Part shown: positions 1-8,916 of the stretch, in pieces
Layout of the letters: each line of letters starts with the position of its first letter
Numbering within the stretch: the first letter of the stretch is position 1
Assembly: GCA_021792235.1 (NCBI GenBank)
Contig: JAJYVC010000002.1
Location: 1-62,545 of the forward strand
Length of the DNA stretch: 62,545 bases
DNA from: Candidatus Micrarchaeota archaeon
GTDB taxonomy: Archaea; Micrarchaeota; Micrarchaeia; Micrarchaeales; CABMGC01
Direction of reading: 5' to 3'
Made by a program: the position numbers and the translations under genes
Notes under the pieces: model-generated
What the model was told of the DNA's origin: nothing
Database searches by the model: none
Seen by the model: the letters and a program-made list of their open reading frames with translations, nothing else

Positions 1-380
1 GAATATACGGCCACAAGGAGATGCGCGCAGTTGGATATTCAAGCAACTCGGAAAGGCTTGTCCGGGACATACAGCACCTACTGCTGCGCTTCGGGATAGT
101 CTCTAATATCTATAGGATGGGCGCGGGTCACTGGGATCTGATAATACATAGGAACAGGGACATAGACATATTTATAGAAAGGATAGGGATGTTCGGCAGC
201 AAGGCGCAGAAGCTCGTGAAGAGGAAGAACATATTGAGCAAGATAAAGAAGAATGGCAGCAACAGGGTGATCTACGAGGAGATAAGGAAGGTAGAGCACC
301 TGCCTGCACCCGATTTCGTCTACGACCTTACAGTGGATGATACCCACAACTTCGTAGCTAACGAGTTCTTCGTGCACAAC
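1..380 (+). mobile_element. C-terminal part of an intein with a LAGLIDADG-type homing endonuclease domain, inserted in the Walker A loop of the AAA+ ATPase
   Basis: Ends ...THNFVANEFFVHN|T, with the His-Asn splice junction at 375-380 and the Thr +1 nucleophile at 381-383. A LAGLIDADG-like helix is present (ERLVRDIQHLLLRFGI). The extein resumes where GK|T of a P-loop is expected. Confidence 0.75.
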
Positions 381-1214
381 ACGTATCTAGTCAATGCTAT
401 AGGAGGGGAGACCGGCTCGAACGTCATAATCGCGCAGATAAACCAGATAGTAGACATGTATGCAGGAAACACTGAGAAGAACATGCATGCCATATTCGAG
501 CAGGCGAGGAAGGCCACGCCATGTATAATATTCTTCGATGAGCTCGATGCGCTGGGCGTCAAGAGAGGAGGAGACGGGGGCGGCGGAGGCGAAGGGCAGA
601 GCTTCATGCGCATGGCAGTAAACCAGTTCCTGCAGGAGATGGACGGTGTGGAGAAGAATCCTGAAGGCATATTCGTGATAGGTGCGACTAACTCCCCATG
701 GGACATTGATCCTGCGCTCAAGAGGAGTAAGAGATTCGGAGAGACGGTCTACATGCCGCCGCCTGACCTGAAGACGCGGAAGGGCGCATTCAAGTATCAC
801 ACCCGCAACATGCCCCTTGGGAGGATAGGCTACGGCAGGCTGGCGAGGGCGACAATGGGATTCTCATCTGCAGACATAGAGGAGATATGCGACAAGGCGG
901 CGCTGATACCTGCAGTAGAGGAGGATGCTACGGGAAAGAAGAGGAAGGTTCTGATGAAGGACTTCCTCAAGATGATCAAGACGCACGGCAACACTCTTGA
1001 CGAATGGTACGGGATGGTGAAGAAGGACATAATAAGCAAGACGGAGACGCAAATAATCGATGGCAAGAAGCAGGTAACGGTGAAGGAGGGCAAGCTGGGA
1101 CCAGAGGAGAAGAACAAGTACAAGGCATTAATAAAGGACGTGAAGAGGAACTCCAACCCCTTCTTCATTTTCATAAAGAAGTTAGTCAGGGCATTCTCCC
1201 TTTACGTTTTATAG
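1..1214 (+). CDS. AAA+ ATPase (CDC48/VCP-like family), 5'-truncated by the window edge. The frame enters inside an intein.
   Basis: The frame is open from nt 3. After the intein the extein reads TYLVNAIGGETG...PCIIFFDELDALG (Walker B)...IGATNSPWDIDPALKRSKRFGETVYMPPPD (sensor/Arg-finger region), followed by a ~140-aa Lys-rich tail. Confidence 0.8.
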   Translation, partial: IYGHKEMRAVGYSSNSERLVRDIQHLLLRFGIVSNIYRMGAGHWDLIIHRNRDIDIFIERIGMFGSKAQKLVKRKNILSKIKKNGSNRVIYEEIRKVEHLPAPDFVYDLTVDDTHNFVANEFFVHNTYLVNAIGGETGSNVIIAQINQIVDMYAGNTEKNMHAIFEQARKATPCIIFFDELDALGVKRGGDGGGGGEGQSFMRMAVNQFLQEMDGVEKNPEGIFVIGATNSPWDIDPALKRSKRFGETVYMPPPDLKTRKGAFKYHTRNMPLGRIGYGRLARATMGFSSADIEEICDKAALIPAVEEDATGKKRKVLMKDFLKMIKTHGNTLDEWYGMVKKDIISKTETQIIDGKKQVTVKEGKLGPEEKNKYKALIKDVKRNSNPFFIFIKKLVRAFSLYVL

Positions 1215-1222
1215 GTGTCAGC

Positions 1223-1579
1223 ATGTCAGTAAGATACAATGACAACTCCGATCTTGTAATACACCATGCATATGAAGTAGGAATGGATGACCTGGTCAGG
1301 TTGTGCATCTCGAGATCGCATGGTTCCCCGATGCTTTACTGGGCAGATGGAATTGCATTCTTCTATGAGCAGATACCACCTATGATGAACGCGAAAGTGG
1401 AAGAGGACTTCCTCGCAGGGAAGGACCATTGGGCAGAAGTCTACTACTCTAAGGTGAAGGAATACAAGAGCGTAATCGAGCTGGATAACGGGGAATTCCG
1501 TGGCGCGAAGATAGGCGTTGTAGACGCTTCTAAATTTTCTATGCACAAGGACTTTGCGAAATGGGCCGGCAGCAGATAG
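1223..1579 (+). CDS. hypothetical protein (118 aa)
   Basis: ATG at 1223, 9 nt after the AAA+ stop. The longer ORF from 1004 overlaps the AAA+ gene in another frame and is not credible. No recognised motifs. Confidence 0.5.
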   Translation: MSVRYNDNSDLVIHHAYEVGMDDLVRLCISRSHGSPMLYWADGIAFFYEQIPPMMNAKVEEDFLAGKDHWAEVYYSKVKEYKSVIELDNGEFRGAKIGVVDASKFSMHKDFAKWAGSR

Positions 1580-1681
1580 GCATTCGATCCGGGCATTTTG
1601 AAATACGCAAGATTTATTAAATTGGCCATTAAATAGACTTCTTGTTATTCGGGCGACGCAGGATAACCAAGGCATGATGTA

Positions 1682-2341
1682 TTGAGTTCAGTGATGGGTA
1701 GGGACTTTCCTGCCGAATCAAAGGCCAGGGATAGGACCGTATCGGAATCGGAGATTCTCAAGGGAGTTGTCAGGCAGCACTGGCACGACAAGCTTGAGAC
1801 GATGGACAAGACAAGGGCGAAGGCGCTATCAGCAGGCATAGATGCGCACCTTGCGAATGTGGCCAAGTCCGTAAACCAGCTTGATTACGAGGTTTTCTGC
1901 ATCCCGAACATCATATACCATTCTAAGCACATGTCAAAAGAGGAATTTGAAAAATATCTCAGACTCATGGAAGCGATGGCTGTAGGATATTCATCGATGT
2001 TCGGCAATGATGTCGCTGGCCTTGCATTGATAGGGATTTCTTCAAAGGCAAAGAATGCTGGAGGCATAGAGAAATACCACAGGTTGCTTTCATCCCGTAT
2101 TGAGACAAGGATGAAAATATATAGGTCAAGGATGGATGCAAGGAGGAGAAGCATTGATGTGCTCCATTCTAGGCTCAGGATACACAACAGAAGCGTATTC
2201 AGGTTTTTCAGGAAGGGCAGGATATACTCTCTTTCAAGGAGGATAGACAGAAGCGCCAGGGGCGTTGACCTGCTGAGCTGCAGGCTGGACAGGCTCAATG
2301 AGATATACAAGTATACCAGTATGTCGCAAAACAAAGATTAA
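1682..2341 (+). CDS. hypothetical protein with an Arg-rich helical C-terminus
   Basis: 219-aa ORF with a TTG start (ATG alternative at 1694). The C-terminal half is rich in R/S/L heptad-like repeats (RSRMDARRRSIDVLHSRLRIHNRS...). No family recognised. Confidence 0.45.
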   Translation: MSSVMGRDFPAESKARDRTVSESEILKGVVRQHWHDKLETMDKTRAKALSAGIDAHLANVAKSVNQLDYEVFCIPNIIYHSKHMSKEEFEKYLRLMEAMAVGYSSMFGNDVAGLALIGISSKAKNAGGIEKYHRLLSSRIETRMKIYRSRMDARRRSIDVLHSRLRIHNRSVFRFFRKGRIYSLSRRIDRSARGVDLLSCRLDRLNEIYKYTSMSQNKD

Positions 2342-2363
2342 GCCCGCACTTCAATCGCTATTT

Positions 2364-3428
2364 ATGCGACAGCTCACCGAACTGCCCTTGCACACGGGCA
2401 GGGCACCAAGATGGCTCTTCGGACGTATGACAAGGCTTGGCGGAGCGATAGCAAACGTGATAATAGAGGAATATGGCGCTGACGAGCTTCTGCATAGGCT
2501 CTCTGACAGCAACTGGTTCCAGTCGCTGTCATGCGCAATAGGATACGACTGGCACAGCAGCGGAACAACTACTGTGACTATGGGGGCTCTGAAAGAGGCG
2601 CTTAAGGGAGACCCTGACATAGTAATAGCAGGGGGAAAGGGCAAGGCAGGCATAAATACCCCTGGAGACATAGTAGCCGGATCAGATAGGCTTTCAATTC
2701 CCTCAGAGTCAGAGAAATTTGTGGAGCTTAGCAGGCTCTCCGCAAAGGTGGATGCATCTATGGTCTATGACAATATAGGAATATACCACCACTCATTCAT
2801 GTTCACAAAAAGCCGCAAGTGGGGAGTCGTACAGCAAGCGATGAACAACAGTACTGGCATGGCGCTAAGGTTCCAGTGGTTCAGCGAAACCTTAGACCAT
2901 GAGGACATAACCAATGAGCCGCATTCGGGAATTTCCGGGACAGGAGGATTGCAGACAGTTGACCTCACTTATGCTGCTAACAGCTGGGTCAAACCCGCAA
3001 GCATCGAGCTGCTTCCAGATATCGCAGAAGGTAGAATAAAGTATCCGAAGAGGCATGCAATAATGCCCAGGGAGGATCTCACCGAGCATGGAATCAATAT
3101 GCTGAAAGCGGCAAATGAGATGGGCCCAAGAGACTACAGAGAATTCCTGCTGATAAAAGGAGTAGGAAGGGCTACAATAAGATCCCTGGCAATTATATCA
3201 AGCCTGATATACGAGAAGGAGCTTGCCGGCAGAGATCCTGTCGCATATGCATATAATCTTGGGGGAAAGGACAAGATACCATATGAGATAAACCGCAGGA
3301 CCTATGATAGTGTCATAGAGGAGATGGAGCATATGGTTGATATGTCGAACGTGAGCATGGAGGAGAAGTACAGATCGTTAAGATCGCTTGGCCGCTTGAT
3401 GAGCAAGGCGGCGACGAAGCAGGTATAA
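2364..3428 (+). CDS. DUF763 family protein with a C-terminal helix-hairpin-helix-like motif
   Basis: The N-terminus MRQLTELPLHTGRAPRWLFGRM...LSDSNWFQSLSCAIGYDWHSSGTTT matches my recollection of the DUF763 signature. An HhH-like motif, LLIKGVGRATIRSLAII, lies at 3144-3200. The start is taken at the ATG after the upstream gene's stop. Confidence 0.6.
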   Translation: MRQLTELPLHTGRAPRWLFGRMTRLGGAIANVIIEEYGADELLHRLSDSNWFQSLSCAIGYDWHSSGTTTVTMGALKEALKGDPDIVIAGGKGKAGINTPGDIVAGSDRLSIPSESEKFVELSRLSAKVDASMVYDNIGIYHHSFMFTKSRKWGVVQQAMNNSTGMALRFQWFSETLDHEDITNEPHSGISGTGGLQTVDLTYAANSWVKPASIELLPDIAEGRIKYPKRHAIMPREDLTEHGINMLKAANEMGPRDYREFLLIKGVGRATIRSLAIISSLIYEKELAGRDPVAYAYNLGGKDKIPYEINRRTYDSVIEEMEHMVDMSNVSMEEKYRSLRSLGRLMSKAATKQV

Positions 3429-3545
3429 TCAGCATTCCCTTCGCATCATGAATATGTCTATCTTCTCGTCGTTGAATCTTATGCCGCCGCCGAGCACGCC
3501 ATACTGCTTGAAGCCCAGGCTCTCATACAGCTTCTTGGATCTGGG
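3429..3545 (-). pseudogene. C-terminal remnant of a GNAT-family N-acetyltransferase
   Basis: My own reverse translation gives PRSKKLYESLGFKQYGVLGGGIRFNDEKIDIFMMRREC*. It is bounded upstream by an in-frame TAA at 3546-3548. The KLYESLGF...G element is the typical GNAT C-terminal motif. No intact N-terminal half is present. Confidence 0.5.
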
Positions 3546-3793
3546 TTAGAGCTGAATACTTAGAGCACCATAGTGTCAAATGTACCCTTCGATCTTTCGA
3601 ATACATTAGTTATCAGGACCAAGGGACATTATATCTAGGACTGCCAGATGAGCTTCGATAAGGCGGGGATTGACCGGTGATTCCGCCATTAAATCTTGCA
3701 CGGATCACGCCGATCGGCTTATACTGACATTGCTGATCAGATCGGCAATAAACTGAGAATTGCCCTACACAATAACCTAAGGTACTAGATTTC

Positions 3794-5020
3794 TTATTTC
3801 TTCGCGTGCTTTAAGCAGAATGCGTTGACCTTGTTTATTGCATATTCGAGTACATCTTCTGGAGGGAGTGCCGCTATCCTGAAATTACTCGGAGTCCCGA
3901 AGGAATACCCTCCTGTGAGCTGGACACCTGTCTCCATCAGCGCTGAAAGGACGAAATCCCTTGAACTGCGGAAGTTCAGGCTCTTCATGTCAAGCTTGGG
4001 AAGCAGGTAGAACGCACCGCTCGGTCTTGTGACGGTTATGTATGGATTTTCCCTTAGCAGATCTACGGATAGATTCACCCTCTTTGCTATGGCATTTGTC
4101 ATGCTCTTTATGGCCTTTGAGTGCTCCTTAGTGTTGTTGAGCGCCTCTGCCACGGCGTATTCGCTTGGGGTGTTCAGCGATAGCCTTACCAGCGCATACT
4201 GGGAGAACTTCTTCTTCAGACCTTGCGAGATCCTGTCATCTCCAGGTATCACCATGAAGCCTATCCTGAATCCAGTCGAATCAAGGTTCTTAGAACTTCC
4301 GTTCAGTATGATGTGGGGTATGCCCTTAGCCACCTCCCCCATGCTGGTGAACTTGCTGCCATTGTATACTATCTCATCGTATATCTCATCGCTCACAAGG
4401 AGCACGCCATGGTCGTTAGCTATGCCGGCTAGCTCCCGCAGCGACTTCCTATCGAATACCTTGCCGGTCGGATTGTGCGGATTAGTGGTTATGATGTACT
4501 TTACCTTATGGCCGTTCCTCTTGAGCCTTCCGATCTTCCTGGAGAAGCCGTCAAGATCCGGCTCCCAGCCGTTCTCCATGACAAGCTTTCCTGTAAGCGG
4601 CACGCCGCCCTCTATCATGAGACGAGGTATGTACTGGGGGTAATATGGTGCGAACATAGCTGCCCGATCGCCCCTGTTGATCAGTGCGTTATTTATGAAC
4701 AGCAGCGACTCGCTCACGCCGGCAGTTGTTATGACATCCTCTTCGCCGAGCCTTATCCCGTACATGCGCTGGTATCTTCTTTGCACTGCGCGTGTTAGCT
4801 CCGGTATCCCCTGGGCCCTTGAATAGTAGGTAGCACCATTCCTCAGGGCAGCTATGTACGCATCTATTATATATTTTGGCGTAGGGAAGAAGCGGGGAGG
4901 GTCTCCTCTGTTGAGTTTTATTATCTTCTTTCCCCTCCTAGCTAGCTTGTCTGCAATAGGGTCAAGTTCCAGTATAAGATTCTGCGCGTATACGCTCTTC
5001 CTTGAGAAGATGCTGGCCAA
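3794..5020 (-). CDS. PLP-dependent aminotransferase, class I/II (aspartate/alanine aminotransferase-like)
   Basis: 408 aa. Motifs: NRGDPPRFFPTP, TTNPHNPTG, and SKNLDSTGFRIGF (PLP-lysine motif SKxxxxxGxRxG). TTG start. Confidence 0.85.
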   Translation of the reverse strand: MASIFSRKSVYAQNLILELDPIADKLARRGKKIIKLNRGDPPRFFPTPKYIIDAYIAALRNGATYYSRAQGIPELTRAVQRRYQRMYGIRLGEEDVITTAGVSESLLFINNALINRGDRAAMFAPYYPQYIPRLMIEGGVPLTGKLVMENGWEPDLDGFSRKIGRLKRNGHKVKYIITTNPHNPTGKVFDRKSLRELAGIANDHGVLLVSDEIYDEIVYNGSKFTSMGEVAKGIPHIILNGSSKNLDSTGFRIGFMVIPGDDRISQGLKKKFSQYALVRLSLNTPSEYAVAEALNNTKEHSKAIKSMTNAIAKRVNLSVDLLRENPYITVTRPSGAFYLLPKLDMKSLNFRSSRDFVLSALMETGVQLTGGYSFGTPSNFRIAALPPEDVLEYAINKVNAFCLKHAKK

Positions 5021-5142
5021 CAGATCAAATCAGGCTGCACTCTTGCAAGCCTAAAGAAGTAATTCAGTGGGTATTTAAAAATATGGCAAGACAGTACGCT
5101 TCCTGTCTATCGTGACCGTAAAGCAAGAATTTTAAACGTGTT

Positions 5143-5790
5143 TTGCCCTATAGCATCATGGGCTTTCTAGTGTCTAACGTACTCGCGTACCGCCTTGATC
5201 CGAGCTGGTGGAAACTTGGAAAAGAGGAACGCAAAGAGATTCTTGATGTATTAAGGAGGATCATAGATGCGGCACGAGGAGGGCAGACGGGATCAAAGGC
5301 AGCGCTTTACTCATCGTTGAGGTACGACTGCAGCATTATAATCTGGCTCCTGATGGATAACCCGCAGAGGATAGCTGCAACAAGAGCATCAATCGAAAGG
5401 CTCATTTGCGGCTATGCATCTATAAAATACGGGTTCCTTTCGGTATACGAAAACAAGAACAAGGACTCTGGAAACAGGAAGTATTTCGTTGCGTATCCGA
5501 TAAGCAAGGATCCGGAATGGTACCTTCTGGACAGAAGCAAGCGGTCGGATATAATGGCGGAGCACATAAGTATGGCTACAAGCAATAAGAACAACAAGGG
5601 AATAAACTCTTATACGACGCTGTCGTTCGGCATAGACGACAATGAATTTGTTGTGCTTTACGAGCTTGACTCGCTGCACGAATGGGTCAAGGTTACGCAA
5701 GACCTCAGGGAAGCAAGTGCAAGGAAGTGGATAACGAACGAGAGACCCATACTTGTGGGTATAGACGACCTTGGTCCGCTTCTGGCATGA
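5143..5790 (+). CDS. hemQ: chlorite dismutase family protein, HemQ/ChdC-like (putative coproheme decarboxylase)
   Basis: FVAYPISKDPEWYLLDRSKRSDIMAEHI and LSFGIDDNEFVVLYELDSLHEWVKVTQDLREASARKW fit the Cld/HemQ fold signature. It lies in the haem gene cluster. Start is TTG 5143 or ATG 5158. Confidence 0.65.
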   Translation: MPYSIMGFLVSNVLAYRLDPSWWKLGKEERKEILDVLRRIIDAARGGQTGSKAALYSSLRYDCSIIIWLLMDNPQRIAATRASIERLICGYASIKYGFLSVYENKNKDSGNRKYFVAYPISKDPEWYLLDRSKRSDIMAEHISMATSNKNNKGINSYTTLSFGIDDNEFVVLYELDSLHEWVKVTQDLREASARKWITNERPILVGIDDLGPLLA

Positions 5791-5803
5791 TTATGGTGAT
5801 GCA

Positions 5804-6094
5804 ATGATAAATGTTGGAATGTACTATAATGTCAGGCAGGGGCACGAAGCGGAATTCGAGAGCACGTTTTCGCAGGTGGTGGAGCACCTTAAGAGCGCGA
5901 AGGTGGGGATAAGGGACGCCAAGCTTTACAGGGAGGTCGGAAAGAGCGAATACCTCATATACACAGAGTGGGAAAGCCTTGACTCCTTCAAGGGATTCAT
6001 ACAGAGCCGCGCCTTCAATGACACTGTAAGTGGTGGCAGATCCATAATTGAGGGACGGCCAAGGCACAGAGTATTTGCAGACGTCAATGAATAA
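5804..6094 (+). CDS. antibiotic-biosynthesis-monooxygenase (ABM) domain protein
   Basis: ~96 aa, MINVGMYYNVRQGHEAEFESTF...YLIYTEWESLDSFKGFIQSRAF, a typical ABM ferredoxin-like fold pattern. The start is taken at the ATG after the hemQ-like stop. Confidence 0.6.
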   Translation: MINVGMYYNVRQGHEAEFESTFSQVVEHLKSAKVGIRDAKLYREVGKSEYLIYTEWESLDSFKGFIQSRAFNDTVSGGRSIIEGRPRHRVFADVNE

Positions 6095-6113
6095 CTGGTA
6101 AAAGGCTCGTATA

Positions 6114-7820
6114 ATGCAGCGGCATGTCAGGCTTCACAGGAAGGTAGTGATCGGTACTAGGGGAAGCAGGCTTAGCCTTGCCCAGGCAAGAATAGTTGCA
6201 GACAGGATAAAGAAATCGTCTCCGGGCCTTGCTGTTGAAATAGTAGTCATAAAGACATATGGGGACGTGAAGAAGGACATGAAACTGGATAGGCTCGAAC
6301 AGCAGGGGGTCTTCGTAAAGGATATAGACCTGCAGCTTTTGGATGGCACCATAGACATTGCAGTGCACAGCCTTAAGGACATACCGACAAAGCTGCAGGA
6401 TGGAATAAGGATAGGAGCTATAGTCGAGAGGGCAGATCCCAGGGACGTTGTGATATCTAGAGATGGTTGTGGGCTTAGGGACCTTGCTAAGGGCGCAAAG
6501 ATAGGTACAAGCAGCATGCGCAGGAAGGGACAGCTCCTGCATTTCAGGAAGGATCTCAATGTAATGGAGATGCGTGGGAATGTAGATACGCGCATTGCAA
6601 AACTTGATGGAGGAGAATATGACGCCATAGTTCTTGCAGCAGCCGGAGTGGAGAGACTTGGGCTCTCAGACAGGATATCGGAATATCTACCATTTGAAGT
6701 CATGCTTCCGGCACCTGGACAGGGGGCGATAGCGGTGGAGATAAGAGACGGAGACGCTATGATAGAGCCCATAGTGCGAAAGATAGATGATGCGAAGGCA
6801 AGAGCAGAGGTGGAGGCTGAGAGGACGGTGCTTTCGAGGATTGGGGGAGGATGCAATGCGCTGTTAGGGGCGTATGCAAAGACGCATGGGAGCAGGCTCG
6901 AGATATCAGCTGCAATAACCAGCAGCAATGGTGAAATGAAGTACAGCTATTCGCAGGAGGGGTCGGTAAAGTTTCCAGATGAAGTCGGTATCGAGGTTGC
7001 GGAGAAGATACTGATGGGCAATGCTGCAGAAATCTTACCAGATAAAAGCGACAAATCCAGACTTGCCGGAAAGGTAGTGATGGTGACTAAGGATGAGAAG
7101 GAAGGAGAGGGGCTTTGCAAGTCACTGCTGGACAGACGAGCAATTCCGGTTTACTTCCCCACGATAAAACCTGTCAATATCAGTTACAGTATGAAAACCG
7201 CCCACAGAATAAATAAATATGACTTCGTACTGGTTACGAGCAGACGCGGAGCGGATAAATTGCTTGAGATATTGCAAGTGGTGGGACTTGAGAAGGATGC
7301 ATTCGGGCCGGTAGTCATTGCGATTGGGCCAGAGACACGCCAATACCTGTGGGGCAGGGGCATAGCTGCACGCAGCCTGCCTTCGGCCAAATATTCGAAG
7401 GACATTATTGAAGGGTTGGCAGGAGTTAAGGACAGAAGAGTACTCATAATAAATTCGGCGCTGGCAGGCAACGAATTGGCTGCGGGGCTATCTGCAAGAG
7501 GCGCCATTGTTGACAGGATCACACCATATGCGATGTACGTACCAAAAGTAAGCATGCAGAGGAAAAACATGGTGATGGGTTACAAATTGGATTTCATTAC
7601 GTTTGCAAGCCCTTCTGCTGTAACTGGATTTCTGAAAATACTTGGCAGGAAAAACGCGATGAGACTGCTCAGAAGGAGCAAGGTAGTATGCATAGGCGAA
7701 ACGACATCTGGAAAATGCGAGAAAGAGAACATAAAAGTATGCGGAATTGCTGGAGAGCACACTGTAGAAGGCATTGTCAAGTGTATGGAAAGGATTGCAG
7801 GTAGCCCATATGGAAAATGA
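6114..7820 (+). CDS. hemC: bifunctional hydroxymethylbilane synthase / uroporphyrinogen-III synthase (HemC-HemD fusion)
   Basis: Residues 1-~310 are HemC: VVIGTRGSRLSLAQA, SLKDIPT, RGNVDTRI, and the cofactor Cys in GGGCNALLGAYA. Residues ~317-568 are HemD-like: GKVVMVTKDEKEG...FTFASPSAVTGF. It is a single uninterrupted ORF of 568 aa. Confidence 0.85.
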   Translation: MQRHVRLHRKVVIGTRGSRLSLAQARIVADRIKKSSPGLAVEIVVIKTYGDVKKDMKLDRLEQQGVFVKDIDLQLLDGTIDIAVHSLKDIPTKLQDGIRIGAIVERADPRDVVISRDGCGLRDLAKGAKIGTSSMRRKGQLLHFRKDLNVMEMRGNVDTRIAKLDGGEYDAIVLAAAGVERLGLSDRISEYLPFEVMLPAPGQGAIAVEIRDGDAMIEPIVRKIDDAKARAEVEAERTVLSRIGGGCNALLGAYAKTHGSRLEISAAITSSNGEMKYSYSQEGSVKFPDEVGIEVAEKILMGNAAEILPDKSDKSRLAGKVVMVTKDEKEGEGLCKSLLDRRAIPVYFPTIKPVNISYSMKTAHRINKYDFVLVTSRRGADKLLEILQVVGLEKDAFGPVVIAIGPETRQYLWGRGIAARSLPSAKYSKDIIEGLAGVKDRRVLIINSALAGNELAAGLSARGAIVDRITPYAMYVPKVSMQRKNMVMGYKLDFITFASPSAVTGFLKILGRKNAMRLLRRSKVVCIGETTSGKCEKENIKVCGIAGEHTVEGIVKCMERIAGSPYGK

Positions 7821-8841
7821 CCTATTCTTGCGTGCGTGCAGGATGGAAAAGGTTGAACGCACACCGATATGGCTTATGCGGCAGGCGGGAAGGTACATTC
7901 CAAAATACAGGGAGATCAGGAAGACCCGCAGCATGATGGAGATATGCAAGGATCCGGACCTATCAGCAGAGGTATCTTCAATGCCAGTGGACATGTTCGG
8001 AGTAGACGCCGCAATAATATTTGAGGACTTAATGACGCCACTCGTACCATCCGGAATAAGATTTGGCCTAGTTGATAAAATAGGGCCAGTGATAAAAAAT
8101 CCGGTGGCAAACATTAATGATGTTGATAGATTAGGAGACTACGCCATGGATGAGCTGGGATTCGTGGCGGACACAATAAAACTGTTAAAAGGAAGGGTTG
8201 ATGTGCCGGTGATAGGTTTTGCTGGAGGGCCATTCACTATTTCATGCTACCTGATAGACGGCTCCAGAAGCGATGGATTCGCGAAAACCATTTGGATGAT
8301 GAATCATAAACCAGACGTATTCAAAGTCCTCATGGACAAGCTCACTGACATCATAATAAGATACCTTAAGCTGCAGGTGGGGAGTGGTGTCGATGCTGTG
8401 CAGGTCTTTGACACGTGGTGTGGAATGCTTGATGTAGATGCGTATCGGAGCCATGTCGCACAGAATTCCAAAAGGATCTTTGAAGCGCTATCTGCAATGA
8501 AAGCAGATATGCCAAAGGTGCATTTCGCCCTTGATTCTGCACGCATAAACAAACATATAGCATCACTTGGATGTGATGTGATGAGCATAGACTGGAGGAG
8601 CAGTATAGAAAATGTCAGGAAGCAGATAGGCCCATCGATGGGCATCCAGGGCAACCTTGATCCGGCAATACTGGCAGAAGGCGGCAAAAGGATGGTAGAT
8701 TCTGCTACAGAAATACTCAAGTCGGCAGAAGGGAGCAGGGGATACATATTCAATCTTGGACATGGCGTGTGGCCCAATACAGATCCAAGGGACGTAAAGA
8801 GGCTTGTTGAGCTGGTTCATTCATCTGGCAATAAAGGATAG
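7810..8841 (+). CDS. hemE: uroporphyrinogen decarboxylase
   Basis: MENDLFLRACRMEKVERTPIWLMRQAGRYIPKYREIR...DAAIIFEDL is the canonical UROD N-terminus. The ATG at 7810 overlaps the hemCD stop by 11 nt. Confidence 0.9.
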   Translation: MENDLFLRACRMEKVERTPIWLMRQAGRYIPKYREIRKTRSMMEICKDPDLSAEVSSMPVDMFGVDAAIIFEDLMTPLVPSGIRFGLVDKIGPVIKNPVANINDVDRLGDYAMDELGFVADTIKLLKGRVDVPVIGFAGGPFTISCYLIDGSRSDGFAKTIWMMNHKPDVFKVLMDKLTDIIIRYLKLQVGSGVDAVQVFDTWCGMLDVDAYRSHVAQNSKRIFEALSAMKADMPKVHFALDSARINKHIASLGCDVMSIDWRSSIENVRKQIGPSMGIQGNLDPAILAEGGKRMVDSATEILKSAEGSRGYIFNLGHGVWPNTDPRDVKRLVELVHSSGNKG

Positions 8842-8916
8842 TAGTGCTAGGCTTGCCGCTACCGCAACACGTATCAATATTTCTGGGCAAATAATTGCAT
8901 CTTGTTGGTCGGTCAA

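Noticed and set aside
1004-1222. N-terminal extension of the 1004-1579 ORF. The same applies to 37449-37571 (before DUF35), 2298-2363 (before DUF763) and 56276-56557 (before idi).
   Set aside because: The extensions overlap the preceding or neighbouring genes out of frame and have a biased, Arg/Gly/Lys-rich composition. Internal ATGs placed right after the upstream stop give proteins that match the family N-termini.
3700-3750. Palindromes GCCGATCGGC ... GATCGGC downstream of the aminotransferase gene, as a possible terminator hairpin or ncRNA.
   Set aside because: The stem is short with a ~24-nt loop, there is no adjacent T-run, and the region looks like decayed coding sequence. The support is insufficient.
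6134-6928. 264-aa ORF on the minus strand inside hemC-hemD. Similar long antisense ORFs occur at 47459-48424 (321 aa, antisense to the pilus ATPase), 51952-52596 (214 aa, antisense to ugd), 14621-15238 (205 aa, antisense to ferrochelatase 2) and 4029-4643 (204 aa, antisense to the aminotransferase).
   Set aside because: Each lies opposite a gene with strong family-specific motifs. Their translations are low-complexity (Ser/Leu/Pro/Ala-rich) with no recognisable domains. They are typical shadow ORFs.
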